The notes beneath the pieces were generated by a model that was not told the origin of the DNA, ran no database searches, and saw only the letters and a program-made list of their open reading frames with translations. From a virus (Duplodnaviria; Caudoviricetes): a stretch of DNA of 64,000 nucleotides. Below are positions 1 to 11,807 of the stretch, one piece after another (position 1 is the first letter of the stretch; every line of letters starts with the position of its first letter). The translations under genes were made by a program, and so were the position numbers. The stretch lies in IMG/VR virus record IMGVR_UViG_3300025073_000989, one strand, 5' to 3'.

Positions 1-3000
1 TCATCCTCAGATCCCAGCTTCATCCAAGATAGTAACTGCCTTCCTTCGTAAATATCCACAGGTAAATCTACAATTAAATCGTAAGGTTTATCGTAGCCAT
101 TCTCAAATTCTACTTTATTGATATCACCTAAACCACCAGTTTTAGTACCAGTTAATAAAATAGAACTATTACAATCTTCTAATTTAATATCATCACTTGT
201 ATATAAACATAGACCATATATTTCAGACTCCACCTGAGATGATACCTCAACATTAATAAACCTAGGAGCAGCGCCTATCTTAGAAAATATTTTAGTATTA
301 TAAACAGGATCTGATTCAAAATCCGCTGTTTTCCAGTAGTCACCATAGTCCGAAAAACGCATAAATATGTTGTCAATCAGTGTAGGCTCTATATATAATT
401 TACTATATAGCTCCATCTCTGTTATCTTTGTGCTCTTGTGGTAATCCGTATGAATACAAAAACCATTACACGTTACAGGATTAAAATTATGTTCTATGAT
501 ATTCCATTGTGTTAAATATTGGGCTTTTAGTAAACCACCGTTTACTATAATACCGTCATCCCACTCAGGGGCAACCTCATAGCTTGGGTTTCTGAACAAA
601 TATTCCTTTAGATAATCATTTTTACCTTGATACTCCAAAAGAAATTCATAAAACCCTGGCGCCTCATAACTAATTCCATCTATAGCTATAGAGGTATAGT
701 TAGGTACGTATTGAAAACCTGCTGTTGGGATATTAGCATTACCAACACCATGACCAGGCCCCAAATAGTAGGACAAAGACATAGATCTAAAATTATGTGC
801 TTCTTTAAAATATATTATACTTTTATGTATATCTACAAAAACATTATTAGGAAAAAGTAAAAAGAACGAAATAGGGTCATTTTCAAACTCAGAAGTACTA
901 GCCCCTGTAGCTGGAGTACAAAACTCATGCTTACCATCACAAACACTTTGATATACCCACTCTGCGTCACCATTAACATAAAAATAAGCATGGCTGCCTA
1001 CAGTTTCTACGCCATTGGCTCCAGCATTGCTATAACTATCCCCCTGCCTTCCATTATCAGCTGTAACTATACCATCATCTAGACAACCTAAACCGTAAGC
1101 TATATTATTATGGTAAGCAACCGAGGCCGGCTGTAAACTGTATGTTATAACATGCATATGATTATGGCCGTACAAATCAACTTGCCACCCTATATCTAAA
1201 CAACTAGCTATATTAAACTCAAAAGTATCTTCAAGCTCTTTTCCTGACAAATAAGCAGTATTTATATTAACCCTATTACCAAGATCTATATCTAATAAAG
1301 CCCCAGTCTGTCGCCTATCACCACGAGCATAAATACAAAATCCTAAAATGCCTGGAGTATTTAAAGGGCCAGGATCAAAATTACCAAAAACTGGCACTGA
1401 AGTAGTCATTAAAAATTTAGTATATTGATCAACGTTGGACAACTGATAAGACAACCCTTCGTCAAAAGCAGCTTTATATCTAGCAATACCTACAGATATA
1501 TTAAACCCAAACATCCTACCTTTCATTGGATAACGTAAATCTGTATAACTTCCTATTGTAAATTTAGTTGGAGTAGTAGTCTGAGTAATATTTATTACTG
1601 CCCTCTCTATAACTATCTTACCATCAACAAAAATCCTAAACTTATTTAATTCATTATCATTAACAACGGCGACATGGTGCCATGTATTTATTGAAAACTT
1701 ATTAGAAACACTAAGAACTATACTACCCCCATTACACTGCCAAGCTAAATCACCAGAAGAGTTTAAGTATAGCAAATACTGATAACCTGTGGATGTGCTC
1801 CAATCGTAAGAAGTACCACCATAACCAAAAAGACCATTATTATTCCTATGTACATAAACTTTAGCCCAAAACTCCACAGTAAAATTACTATTTTTAAAAC
1901 TAAAATCAGAATGAGCGGCAATACTAGAATAATCACTAGTTCCATCAAAATTTAAACAATACTGTATATTTTCCGCACTTCCTAATGTATCAACCACAAC
2001 ACTTGTATCATAGTTAAGAGTCAAACTATGTGCAGTATTAGCAGCATTTATTACCTCTCGTGAAAATGACCTATCATAAGGCCTTCCATCAAACTGGTAA
2101 TATGTAGCATTTGGCTTTCTAAAATATGAGCTATATGGAACAGTTGGATTTATATTATATAACCCAATAACATCTCCTTTATCGACTAGCTCATTGCAGT
2201 CTATTCTATACGTAACATGCCTAGTAGTATAAACAGCATCTATCGACGATACAATTAGAAATTCCTTTATTACTGTGAAAGTTCCATTTTTCAACGGTCT
2301 GATTATATAAACAAGTACCTCGTCACCAGAAACAACAGTACCATTAACATATATCTTTGTCAACCTACCGCTATCACTTATTGGATGTGACATGTCTACA
2401 ATAGTTTGGCCGTTATTATATAACTGATCATAAGTATCAATATCAGTATGAGTTCCTTCTCCTATATTTGCCGTAGTAGATTCCTCAAAATCACGTCTTC
2501 CACCTTCAACTACATATTGCGCCGGGTTTAAATAAAAAACAGGGTAGTCTAGATCCATAGCAAGTTTATTTATCTCAAAAGCTTGTAGTTTTCTAGAAGC
2601 AGCGTAATCAAAACCAGAAGCTGGATCTATTCCTGACTCCTTTATTGATATATCAATTCCATCTGAATCAAAAAAACCAAGAGTTTCCGCTGCGGGGTTA
2701 TCTCTTACTACAACTAATGAGTCAGCCCTACTGCTCCCAGATATAATCTTTATGGTATTGAACTCAGTAAATTCTACCTCAGAATAAGCATAGCCTCCTA
2801 TGCTTATTTTACTGAGTGCATTAGATATTTTTTTAGCAATATCAGCGCCACTTATATTATTATTTGTCCCCAACCTAACTATTTCATCACCATACCCATT
2901 TATATTGACAAGTAGAGCATCATTAACATCAGAAACAGTTGAGTAAAAACCCATACCTATTCCAGACTCACAGTACCCTTTCTGGCCTACTCCTGGACAA

Positions 3001-3587
3001 TTGTGTACATAACTTTCATAGTAAGAACATGAGGTATTAGTACAGGAAAAAGAATCTTTTGAACTGACTTTTATATATTTGATAGCAAAACTGTCTTTGT
3101 TCCTACCATCTATAAAAGGATAAACCCTAATATTGTTTATGTTGCCCTGCCAAAATGATGCTGGCCCCATATTTATAGTGTATAAATGCCACTTATCATC
3201 GTTTATTAAATCAAACTCAAGCTCCTTATTGGAATCCCACACGGTGTCAGCCACAGTAATCCACCTAACTTTACCTTTAGTTGGAAATTTTCCAGCTGAC
3301 GAATTAGCCTCATGCACAGTAAGTTTCATCATTATATATATTAAATAAAAATCCTCTGCCGGAAGGTATGAAAAAACATCAGATCTTCCTATATAACACT
3401 CTCTTTCGTAAGATGAACCAAACAAAATACCAGACCAACAACCATACATATATATATTATCATACATGGTCCAACCATCAACATTACCATTGCTGTTGAA
3501 ATTAGTAGTAAACCCATCCAAAGAATCATATCTACATAAAGACGAATTCTTTATAGACCTGGCTTTTTTTAGATAATTATATGACAC
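1..3587 (-). CDS. Large virion/tail appendage protein (partial, runs off the left edge, >=1195 codons) with a sheath-accessory-like beta domain and a LamG/concanavalin-like domain
   Basis: Absent from the ORF track, presumably because its stop lies outside the window. GTG at 3587 follows a GAGGA RBS and gives MSYNYLKKARSIKNSS. Spot translations in the same frame at ~2650-2940, ~1620-1770 and 3-50 are open. LamG signature WHHVAVVNDNELNKFRIFVDG ... FTIGSY ... GIARY at ~1480-1760. Confidence 0.8.
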   Translation of the reverse strand, partial: MSYNYLKKARSIKNSSLCRYDSLDGFTTNFNSNGNVDGWTMYDNIYMYGCWSGILFGSSYERECYIGRSDVFSYLPAEDFYLIYIMMKLTVHEANSSAGKFPTKGKVRWITVADTVWDSNKELEFDLINDDKWHLYTINMGPASFWQGNINNIRVYPFIDGRNKDSFAIKYIKVSSKDSFSCTNTSCSYYESYVHNCPGVGQKGYCESGIGMGFYSTVSDVNDALLVNINGYGDEIVRLGTNNNISGADIAKKISNALSKISIGGYAYSEVEFTEFNTIKIISGSSRADSLVVVRDNPAAETLGFFDSDGIDISIKESGIDPASGFDYAASRKLQAFEINKLAMDLDYPVFYLNPAQYVVEGGRRDFEESTTANIGEGTHTDIDTYDQLYNNGQTIVDMSHPISDSGRLTKIYVNGTVVSGDEVLVYIIRPLKNGTFTVIKEFLIVSSIDAVYTTRHVTYRIDCNELVDKGDVIGLYNINPTVPYSSYFRKPNATYYQFDGRPYDRSFSREVINAANTAHSLTLNYDTSVVVDTLGSAENIQYCLNFDGTSDYSSIAAHSDFSFKNSNFTVEFWAKVYVHRNNNGLFGYGGTSYDWSTSTGYQYLLYLNSSGDLAWQCNGGSIVLSVSNKFSINTWHHVAVVNDNELNKFRIFVDGKIVIERAVINITQTTTPTKFTIGSYTDLRYPMKGRMFGFNISVGIARYKAAFDEGLSYQLSNVDQYTKFLMTTSVPVFGNFDPGPLNTPGILGFCIYARGDRRQTGALLDIDLGNRVNINTAYLSGKELEDTFEFNIASCLDIGWQVDLYGHNHMHVITYSLQPASVAYHNNIAYGLGCLDDGIVTADNGRQGDSYSNAGANGVETVGSHAYFYVNGDAEWVYQSVCDGKHEFCTPATGASTSEFENDPISFFLLFPNNVFVDIHKSIIYFKEAHNFRSMSLSYYLGPGHGVGNANIPTAGFQYVPNYTSIAIDGISYEAPGFYEFLLEYQGKNDYLKEYLFRNPSYEVAPEWDDGIIVNGGLLKAQYLTQWNIIEHNFNPVTCNGFCIHTDYHKSTKITEMELYSKLYIEPTLIDNIFMRFSDYGDYWKTADFESDPVYNTKIFSKIGAAPRFINVEVSSQVESEIYGLCLYTSDDIKLEDCNSSILLTGTKTGGLGDINKVEFENGYDKPYDLIVDLPVDIYEGRQLLSWMKLGSED

Positions 3588-3972
3588 CGTAGTTCCTCAA
3601 CTTGCAGAGTTTAATTACATCCACCAAACAGTTACCACCACCATCATAACCACTACACTTTCCACAAAAAACTAAACCGTTGTCTGGGTCTATCTTACTA
3701 AGCACAGTACTTCTAAGTAACTGGTTCTTTTTAATCTCTATTGCTTTACTTCTTAGAACAGAACTAGTTTTAGTTTCTATATCTTTTAGAGTCATTTTTA
3801 TTTTTTCTCCACAACTCAAACAAGCATATACCATATAATCAGGGTATTCGTCTATATTAATACCTTTACTAGTATTAACAAACTTAGATTTCTCTATATA
3901 TTCAAAAACCGTGTGCATTTGGTCAAGTACTATATCTAGTTTTCCACATTTATTACATTCTAGTTTAAACAT
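3577..3972 (-). CDS. Cys-rich zinc-ribbon protein, function unknown
   Basis: 131 aa with CNKC, CLSC, CGKC and further Cys. Overlaps the start of the downstream gene. Confidence 0.75.
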   Translation of the reverse strand: MFKLECNKCGKLDIVLDQMHTVFEYIEKSKFVNTSKGINIDEYPDYMVYACLSCGEKIKMTLKDIETKTSSVLRSKAIEIKKNQLLRSTVLSKIDPDNGLVFCGKCSGYDGGGNCLVDVIKLCKLRNYGVI

Positions 3973-3987
3973 TATACCTACCTAGTA

Positions 3988-6900
3988 TTATAGATTCCAT
4001 AGTAACCAACCACCGTTTGAAGGATCAGTTCCTGTCCACATACCGCCATACACTAAATAATTGTACCAATTCCTATTAAAGTCTGACGCCCAGCCCTCAC
4101 TGGATGTAGGAAAATGTAACATAGCATATGGAGCAGAAGGTAGAATTAAATCAGTAAGGTCTGTAGAAAAAACCTCATATCTAGTTTCTCTATCATAAAC
4201 TTTACTATACTCACTTACCCAATATGCCATATCTCCCCTACGGCCTTCATATATTATATGACTTCCTGTTTGCTCATACCCACGTTCTGACATTGGACCT
4301 CCTGCCTCTGTTACCCATGTACCAAAACCCAAAATATGCTCCTGGTCAGTAACGTAGTCCCGTATTAATAATCCTTGATATTCCTCATCTGGTAGTAATC
4401 CTTTTTCTTTAAGATCATTAATCATAGTATCTGCTGATGGCACAGAGTCTGCTGTAACTGCAGTATATACATACATAAAAGGTCGATCTTCTAACCAGCA
4501 AGCAATCATCATAGTTGGATTATATGATACTGGAAGAAAACTATGACCTGGTGCACTATACCTATCGGGGGTATTTAAAGAAGCAAGTCTCATAAATAAT
4601 GTATTTTCAAACTCACAGTTACCACCTATACCCAAGTATAGACCTTTGCTCCTAAATATATCCTTCAACGGAGCCGGTATTTCGTTTTTGGCACTAAAAT
4701 AAGAGGCACCTTCATTGTACAAATCGTTAAACCACTCAAACTGTTTAGCTTCCATCCTGCTTATTGGTGGCGACAGCCTAGTAAACTCTTTTTCAACAGG
4801 AAGCGCTATCCTACCTCTACACTTATTCATACTTTTAAATGCAACCTCAGAACCAGTAACTACTTCTCCATTTATATTAAGTAGTCCTAAGCGAGAATCC
4901 ATCTGCCTAGCAATTGAAACGTCGTCTACAGGTTTGTGAAAATAACTAATTTCTGCTGGGCCTTGTGGTGGAAAATTTCCGCATCCTCCGTGAGATACAT
5001 AGTATTTTCGTTCATATGTTTCTATAGTTTCTTCAGCATTTACAAAAATAGCCTCGTATAAAGATATTCCTGATATCTCAAATACACTATTATAAGTAAT
5101 TTCCTTATTATCTATAACTTTATATAGTTCCTCATCTAATACTTCCTGTTTAAAAACTATAGATAATTTTGTACTTCCTAAAATTAAATAATCCCTGGTT
5201 ACATCTATATTATATGTCCTAGTTTGTTTAACCGCAGTTTGGCTATTAAAATCAGAGAACTCTATATCTGGCTCACTATATATCTTAACCCAATTACTAT
5301 CAGAATTATCAGCTGAAATAAATATATCAAACGCTGGCCAATGATATAAAGTATCTACCCTTTTTTCATATCCACCGGCCTCGTTTAAAACTGGCGGTTC
5401 TCCCTGTTTATACCCAAACATACAAGTAATTTTAACTCTTGTTATTGTTTTTTGTTTATTGTCAAACTCGTATGACATTAGTAACGTGTCATCTGTATAC
5501 ATTAGTTCTCCAACACCTATTAATGCGTTCAAAACTAAATCATTTAGTATTTCATCTGGGCCAACGTAAACATTAAACTGATTTACATAAACCATAGATA
5601 TTGGCAGATAAGTAAAAAGGCTTGGTATCAATTCTATGTGTAAACCCCTATTATAGTAGGTATCAATTACAGTGTTAACCTGCGTTCCTGTATCTGGATC
5701 TACTACTACTGGCCCATCAAGCTCTATTTTATTATCATCCAAAGTTGCTGATGTACCTTCACTAGTATACAGATTAGCGGAATACACTCCAGCAACAAGC
5801 CCGTTAGAAAATGAATAGGTTTTAGTATCAGAATCATGCCAAACAACCACACTAGCCCCACCTCCAGGAGGTGACACTTGGTTTCTTATCTCATCGTATA
5901 CCCCACCCCCAGAACTATCAGGAAGCTCATCCATAGAAACACCGTTAGCCAACCTTTCGTAATTAGGCGGATCATTTGGATCAGCCCAAAGACCAGAATA
6001 TATATCAAAATACTTTTCTGCTCCGTTGTCCAATTTAACTGCGGCCAATGTGGTGTAAACACCAGTGTGTTCATCTTTTATTGGAGCAATAAACCGTATA
6101 ATGTGTGTACCCTCATTGCATACTATAGTAACCTCTCGTAAAAGCCTATCATGTTTATACTCTGGCTGCTTTATAAAAAAACAATAAAATTTACCTTTAA
6201 TTGAACCACCATAGTTTTTAAATGGGCCAATTATATTTGAAGACTCGTCCAAGGCACTTTCCATTAAAACACCCAAAGAAATATCAGAATTACGCTTAAG
6301 TTCTTTATACTGTTCCCTCCAGGCCCAATGTATAGTTCTATCTGTATTATTTGGGTAAGGCAAAAACTCATACCATGGGTTTGCCTTTGTTCTGTAATCC
6401 CCATTACCCTCAGGATAAATAGTTAGCTTGTCGCCATAACTTCTAAATACTTGATCAAATGTAAATCTGCTTACTGGGTCCAATGTTTCATTCAATAATA
6501 TGTTTTCGACTGTAGAATTAAAAAACATAAAAGCAAACGGATTTATAGGTTTAGGTCCCCAAGCGCTTGTATAATTAATGAACGTGTCCGGCTCTGTATT
6601 GGTTAGATTCAAGTCAGTAAAGTACATCGGCACAGGCATCCACTTCCATTCTAACCTTACAGTACTTATATCTATTTGTGGGTATTGTATACGATCCATA
6701 GATCTAAAACTTCTTAAAAACGGTCTAGAGGCATTCCCAAAAGGTGGTAATAATTCAGTATCACTTATGTTTTTTTGCCAACCAAGTATCCAAGGCGCAT
6801 TTCTCCAAGTAGATAGCATTAAAGGATCACACCCGCTTCTAATAAAACCATAACCATCAAAAATATTACCGCTGTGTCTATGCTGATTATATGTTTTTAG

Positions 6901-9795
6901 ACCACAAGGACATCCAACTGTAATTAGACAAAAGTCATCCTCAAAACCATAATGATCGTTTGGTCCTAACATCCTAAGGTCATGCTGGCCATGCTCGTAC
7001 TTACCCTCCCCGTTTGGTAAAAAATTAGGCATAACATCAAAAGCCGCAGCTGTTCCTTGTGTTACATTCTCATAAAACTGGTAAGCTTCGCAGTTATTAT
7101 AAGGCCACCACATAGGCCCAATTTCAGGATTACCATTAACATCATAATATTTTGGATCAATGTTAATTCTTAATGTATGATCACCACATCGCGGCTGAAA
7201 CCTTTTTTCCGATAAATCTCCGGCAGCAACCTCACTGTATCCCTCTGGAAATTCCGTACAACTACAATTTGGCATATTATAGTAAGTTTTATAGTACGCT
7301 TTCCAATCGTATTTTATTTCTACAGACGGGGCCAACGGCTGCCTTACCCAAGTCACCATCTTAGTTTTGGTTATTCCTATAGAACGCCCTGAAGGTCCCC
7401 TGAATACCGCAGTCATAGTGGCAGGCCCCATAAACCCAGTATGGCTGTACAAAGGCCCTTGCTGCTCTAGGGCCCCTGTGATACCCACAAGTGTTTGGTT
7501 TTCATACTCTATACCTAATCCCTCAGTTGTAAAGAAAGTAGAATCTATAGACGCTTCCTCATCAAAACTTCTTTTCTGATATGTTCTTAGTTTATTAAAG
7601 CGTAATATCGATCCATCAAGACAAAATCGCACATACTCATCTAAGTCCTCTGGAAAAACAATAATTTGGTTTGGCATTAAGCTATAATCAGTTCCATCAG
7701 CCACAGTGACCATTGTATAATTACTGGTTTCTACAATAGCATCTATGCTTTCAAATGACCATGGAAATACTGCATTATTTATATCTATATGTTTTAATGT
7801 AACTACAAGATGTCCGCTCCCAAGCACTTGTATCTCATCGATGTCTGGCATATATAGTTCTTTTTCGCCAACATGAAGTTTGTAAGATAATAATTGTTTA
7901 GCATTATCTTCAAAATCACCAAGTAGGTCAGAGTCTACATACTCAATCACTGTATCATTATATATATAATCCACCTCTGTTTCAAAACCAGACCATGCCC
8001 TTCCGGCATTTTTGAAAGGCACAAATTCAAACTTTATTCCGCCCGGATCAAAACTATCGCCCAATAGATCATTTTCTTCCTGTATAGAAAAATTAAAACT
8101 TTTTTCAAAGTTTGGGCAATGGCCCAACGCTTTATTATCCCCGTATGCTGAAAATTCCTTTTGTAACAGTATCCCTCCAACTACTACTCTTTCAAACGAC
8201 ACTTTACTGTATTCCCACAATCCGTTAATAATAGCAAAAGCAACAACCTCGTTATCCCCAGGATATATAGGAACATCTAATATAAAAGTATTACCTTGTT
8301 TACCATTTACGTTTAATCTCATTTTTTCTGGAGATAGTACTCTGAGCAGATTTAATATACTACTCAATCTAGAATAAAAAGCATCGTAGTTATTTCCTAG
8401 AACTAACTTTACATCTAACATACTATCCCTTTCAAAAATCTCCCTGGGAATTACGTATTTTAAATCCGGGTCGTTTATGTTTATTAAATAAACATCAGTT
8501 ATATCTGGTATAGATCCGTATATAAAAAAACTCTCATTCCATATATCACCATTAGGTAGCGTTTTTGGAACATCCCCCATTATATTTGTAGTCTCTATAT
8601 AGTTATCACCGTAAGCGTTTATATTAAACCTGTTTCTAATTATAGGAACAATTGGTAAATGATTCAACTCTCTTATAAGTGATGGGTAGTTTGGAGGACC
8701 ATTTACAACAGGAATTCCTGCCGTCAAAACCATATGATCATAACCTATGGTAAATGGATCAAAGTTTTCTATATAAACTCTAGTGGCCGGAATTTTATAT
8801 ACCTTACTGCCTCTGTCGTCAATAGTAGTATCAATATCCCCTTCCCAAGAATATATATTACCGTCATCATAAAACAAGGATTTAAAGTTCTTTTCGTCCC
8901 ATGTCTCCATTCTTAGATAGTATCTAAGTTCCTGTATTTGCTCTGCAAGTATTTTATCACCGGGCTTAAGATATTCGTTTATACAGTATCTCCAACAAAT
9001 CCCTGTATATTTAGGGCACATATCATTACAGCCATTACATTTATGCTGTACCAGATTATTAGAATCTTTACCTGTTTTATATGGATCTACCACAGAGTTC
9101 TCATTTGTACATTTACTATCAAAACTTAATATTTCTCCAACATCATCCAATTCAAACAAAACAGGGCTACCGTCCCACCATAAACAGGTAGAAAATTTAG
9201 CCCTAATATTAAGTACCTCATATACTATAGGAAGTATATAAACTAGCCCTTCTCCATCTACAAAACAAGATTCAGTGGCAGCTGAAGTATCTATGTTATC
9301 ATAAGAAATATTCCTAGGAGAATACCCAGAACAAGTAACAGAAGTTCCATTTGAATCACATTGCCCGTCATTGTATTCACTAATATCGTAAAAAGACCAG
9401 TACTTTCCTTCTACCTGACTAAGATTACCTTCTGGGCCATGATTATATAGTGGTGTAGTTTGTTGTTCAGGATCAGATGTTTCTACAACAGAAACCCATT
9501 TTCTACCTGTTTTTTTATTACAAATGTGAGTCTTGGGGTTTGGTAAAATACATTTTGGTAGGTAAATATCTTCATCACTATCTTCGGGCCAAGTAAATTT
9601 ATTGCATGTTAGTGATGTGCCTATTAAATTACAATAAGGATAGTTAGAGGCTCTTTCTTTTTGAACCACTTGGCCTGGGCCTTCTATATCATTTTCTCCC
9701 TCCCAAGTACATATAGTACTAACCGAAGCCCAGTAAACACAAACACGCGGGTCCTTCTCTTGCCAATACTTGCATGTATTGTATACAATAGTCAT
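3988..9795 (-). CDS. Very large (1935 aa) putative virion/baseplate-associated protein with Cys/Trp-rich N-terminus
   Basis: Long ORF in the structural module. TAATG stop/start overlap with the upstream gene at 9793-9797. Many CxxW/CxxxG clusters in the first ~280 aa. No recognisable catalytic motif. Confidence 0.75.
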   Translation of the reverse strand: MTIVYNTCKYWQEKDPRVCVYWASVSTICTWEGENDIEGPGQVVQKERASNYPYCNLIGTSLTCNKFTWPEDSDEDIYLPKCILPNPKTHICNKKTGRKWVSVVETSDPEQQTTPLYNHGPEGNLSQVEGKYWSFYDISEYNDGQCDSNGTSVTCSGYSPRNISYDNIDTSAATESCFVDGEGLVYILPIVYEVLNIRAKFSTCLWWDGSPVLFELDDVGEILSFDSKCTNENSVVDPYKTGKDSNNLVQHKCNGCNDMCPKYTGICWRYCINEYLKPGDKILAEQIQELRYYLRMETWDEKNFKSLFYDDGNIYSWEGDIDTTIDDRGSKVYKIPATRVYIENFDPFTIGYDHMVLTAGIPVVNGPPNYPSLIRELNHLPIVPIIRNRFNINAYGDNYIETTNIMGDVPKTLPNGDIWNESFFIYGSIPDITDVYLININDPDLKYVIPREIFERDSMLDVKLVLGNNYDAFYSRLSSILNLLRVLSPEKMRLNVNGKQGNTFILDVPIYPGDNEVVAFAIINGLWEYSKVSFERVVVGGILLQKEFSAYGDNKALGHCPNFEKSFNFSIQEENDLLGDSFDPGGIKFEFVPFKNAGRAWSGFETEVDYIYNDTVIEYVDSDLLGDFEDNAKQLLSYKLHVGEKELYMPDIDEIQVLGSGHLVVTLKHIDINNAVFPWSFESIDAIVETSNYTMVTVADGTDYSLMPNQIIVFPEDLDEYVRFCLDGSILRFNKLRTYQKRSFDEEASIDSTFFTTEGLGIEYENQTLVGITGALEQQGPLYSHTGFMGPATMTAVFRGPSGRSIGITKTKMVTWVRQPLAPSVEIKYDWKAYYKTYYNMPNCSCTEFPEGYSEVAAGDLSEKRFQPRCGDHTLRINIDPKYYDVNGNPEIGPMWWPYNNCEAYQFYENVTQGTAAAFDVMPNFLPNGEGKYEHGQHDLRMLGPNDHYGFEDDFCLITVGCPCGLKTYNQHRHSGNIFDGYGFIRSGCDPLMLSTWRNAPWILGWQKNISDTELLPPFGNASRPFLRSFRSMDRIQYPQIDISTVRLEWKWMPVPMYFTDLNLTNTEPDTFINYTSAWGPKPINPFAFMFFNSTVENILLNETLDPVSRFTFDQVFRSYGDKLTIYPEGNGDYRTKANPWYEFLPYPNNTDRTIHWAWREQYKELKRNSDISLGVLMESALDESSNIIGPFKNYGGSIKGKFYCFFIKQPEYKHDRLLREVTIVCNEGTHIIRFIAPIKDEHTGVYTTLAAVKLDNGAEKYFDIYSGLWADPNDPPNYERLANGVSMDELPDSSGGGVYDEIRNQVSPPGGGASVVVWHDSDTKTYSFSNGLVAGVYSANLYTSEGTSATLDDNKIELDGPVVVDPDTGTQVNTVIDTYYNRGLHIELIPSLFTYLPISMVYVNQFNVYVGPDEILNDLVLNALIGVGELMYTDDTLLMSYEFDNKQKTITRVKITCMFGYKQGEPPVLNEAGGYEKRVDTLYHWPAFDIFISADNSDSNWVKIYSEPDIEFSDFNSQTAVKQTRTYNIDVTRDYLILGSTKLSIVFKQEVLDEELYKVIDNKEITYNSVFEISGISLYEAIFVNAEETIETYERKYYVSHGGCGNFPPQGPAEISYFHKPVDDVSIARQMDSRLGLLNINGEVVTGSEVAFKSMNKCRGRIALPVEKEFTRLSPPISRMEAKQFEWFNDLYNEGASYFSAKNEIPAPLKDIFRSKGLYLGIGGNCEFENTLFMRLASLNTPDRYSAPGHSFLPVSYNPTMMIACWLEDRPFMYVYTAVTADSVPSADTMINDLKEKGLLPDEEYQGLLIRDYVTDQEHILGFGTWVTEAGGPMSERGYEQTGSHIIYEGRRGDMAYWVSEYSKVYDRETRYEVFSTDLTDLILPSAPYAMLHFPTSSEGWASDFNRNWYNYLVYGGMWTGTDPSNGGWLLWNL

Positions 9796-10100
9796 TATTT
9801 ATTATCTTGAACTTTAGTTGTAAATTGTCCTGTAAGCTCATCTACTATATAATGAACTTTGGTCGCTCCTTCGTAGAACCCAATAGTTCTTTGTTCTACT
9901 TGAAAAGACTCTTCTATACCAGGAACCATTGACGCTCTATTTTGAACAAAATAGGCTTGTTTGTTAGGTAGGTTCCAAATTCTACCGTCGTACAAGAGAG
10001 ATAGGCAAATTATGTCTTTCTTTGGTACTTTTTTCCACTCCATTTGCGTTTCTTTGATAATTGTTCCGTCCTTTAGCTCTGCCTGCCACCCTCTACGCAT
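9795..10100 (-). CDS. Small hypothetical protein (101 aa), paralog-like to 15894..16349
   Basis: The true start is probably ATG at 10100 (AAGGAG at 10108-10113), not the TTG at 10127. Shares W/F-x-A-E-x-x-D-G-T...W with the 151-aa gene. Confidence 0.75.
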   Translation of the reverse strand: MRRGWQAELKDGTIIKETQMEWKKVPKKDIICLSLLYDGRIWNLPNKQAYFVQNRASMVPGIEESFQVEQRTIGFYEGATKVHYIVDELTGQFTTKVQDNK

Positions 10101-11703
10101 GTTGTAGCTCCTTATTATACTTAACAAATTTCATGTTACCACAATCCCAAATACGGTTATACCCTTGGGACTTACGAATTTCCCATTCAGTTTGATCTTT
10201 TGGATCAGTTTGGGTTTTTCTTAAAGCAAATCTATGAATTCTATTAGAAGAATCTCTATCTAAATACCAGTAATTAGGTTTAGTGTTTCCTACAAAGTCA
10301 AACCCTATCTTTTCATATAGATTTCCGTCAGACCATCTTCTATCGGCGTAGGAAAAAAGTTCTTTCCACTCGTAGTTGCGCTCGAAATACTTTAGTAATT
10401 TAGAAGCTATTCCAATAACATTATGATTTATTTTAGAACAAAACCTAGATAATTCCAATACCCCATTTTTATCCTTTAAATTTCCCTTCGAACGCAATGG
10501 CTTAGTAAATGTCATAACCGACACCAGCAAATCATTATAAAAAGCACCTAAACAAATTGATGCATTTACATAGCCTTGAATATGATTATCCAAACAAAAA
10601 ACTTTAGCTTCTCTAGAAGTAATGGGTTTTATACTACATTTTCTTCCATATATTCTAATAAAAAAATCTCTAGATAAAATACTACCTAACCTTGACAATA
10701 GTATATCTTTCTTGTTATTAAGTTCATCACTAAAAACAGTTATTAATCTGTAGCCTTTTTCTAGGCACATATTTAACTTGTTTAAGTGATAATTTTTATC
10801 TTTTCCATTTAATTCGGAATGCCAATAAAGTCCGCAATATTCGATAGCTATCTTTTTTTCTGGAATTACTATATCTAGTTCTTTTGGATAACATATGGTT
10901 CTATTACGACACTCAATGTTAGTAATATTAGAAGTTATATAATTAATCAAATAATCTTCTTCGTCTGATACGCCATTACCACATCTTGGACATCTAGAAC
11001 CATTATGATTCCAATTGTCCAAAGTAACAGTATAATTGTGCTTATTCGGACAAATCAAAGACAATGGACTTTGGCAACCAACATAATCTTTAGAGATAAG
11101 AGTATAACCACTTAAAGAAAAACTATGCGCTAAGTCATTAATATCTTTTTTTACATTACCAAAACAATGGTAACATCTCCTTCCTCGTAACCAAGAACTC
11201 AGACATATACTGTGTTTATGCCCTTTTGGGCATATAAAATCTAGTAAAGTTTTATTATTTATATATTTATTTGATAATAACTCATACCCATCTTTACTGA
11301 ATAACTCTTTTATTTGTTCTATAGTGTATATAGGCCTACCATTACAATAAGGACATCTAGATTTCTTACTATTCCAGTCAGCCCAGCTTATTTTGTGTAT
11401 GTGCCCTTTAGGACATAAATAATCAAGTTTATTTTTACTATTTATATATTCCTTTGAAAGTAATCTATACCCTTCCACATCAAAAGCTTTTCTTATCTGC
11501 TCTATATTTAACTTACCGTTTCCTTTACAAAAAGCACATCTGTGTCCCCTACTAAAATCCATCCACGATAAATTATGTATGTGTCCATTACCACATTTAT
11601 ATTTTAGTTTTGATTTACAAGCTATATAATGATCAGTTATTAAATCATACCCTGCTTTATCAAATTCAGATTTGATAAAGTCATATGTTAATTTTATACC
11701 CAT
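10093..11703 (-). mobile_element. Free-standing Hef-like homing endonuclease: 4 tandem Zn-finger repeats + PD-(D/E)xK/DUF559-like nuclease + GNAT-like C-terminal domain
   Basis: Four ~60-aa repeats Y..K..L...C..GH......W......RC..C. Nuclease motif ELDIVIPEKKIAIEYCGLYWHS. C-terminal ELSRFC...SKLLKYF...SYADRRWSDGNLYEKIGF. Its 3' end overlaps the RBS and start of the next gene. Confidence 0.8.
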
Positions 11704-11746
11704 TCTATCCTCCTACTTGAGTTTAAAAATAAAGAAGTTAGACAAA

Positions 11747-11781
11747 ACAAAGTAGTGCTTTGTCAGAAGGCGTCCCTTCTG
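11747..11781 (-). terminator. Two adjacent hairpins followed by a U-rich tract (possible terminator/attenuator)
   Basis: CAGAAGG-gacg-CCTTCTG (11764-11781) and ACAAAG-cacta-CTTTGT (11747-11763), then TTTGTCTAACTTCTTTATTTTT on the minus strand. Confidence 0.35.
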
Positions 11782-11807
11782 TCCTCCTTATATGTCATAT
11801 TGTTTAT

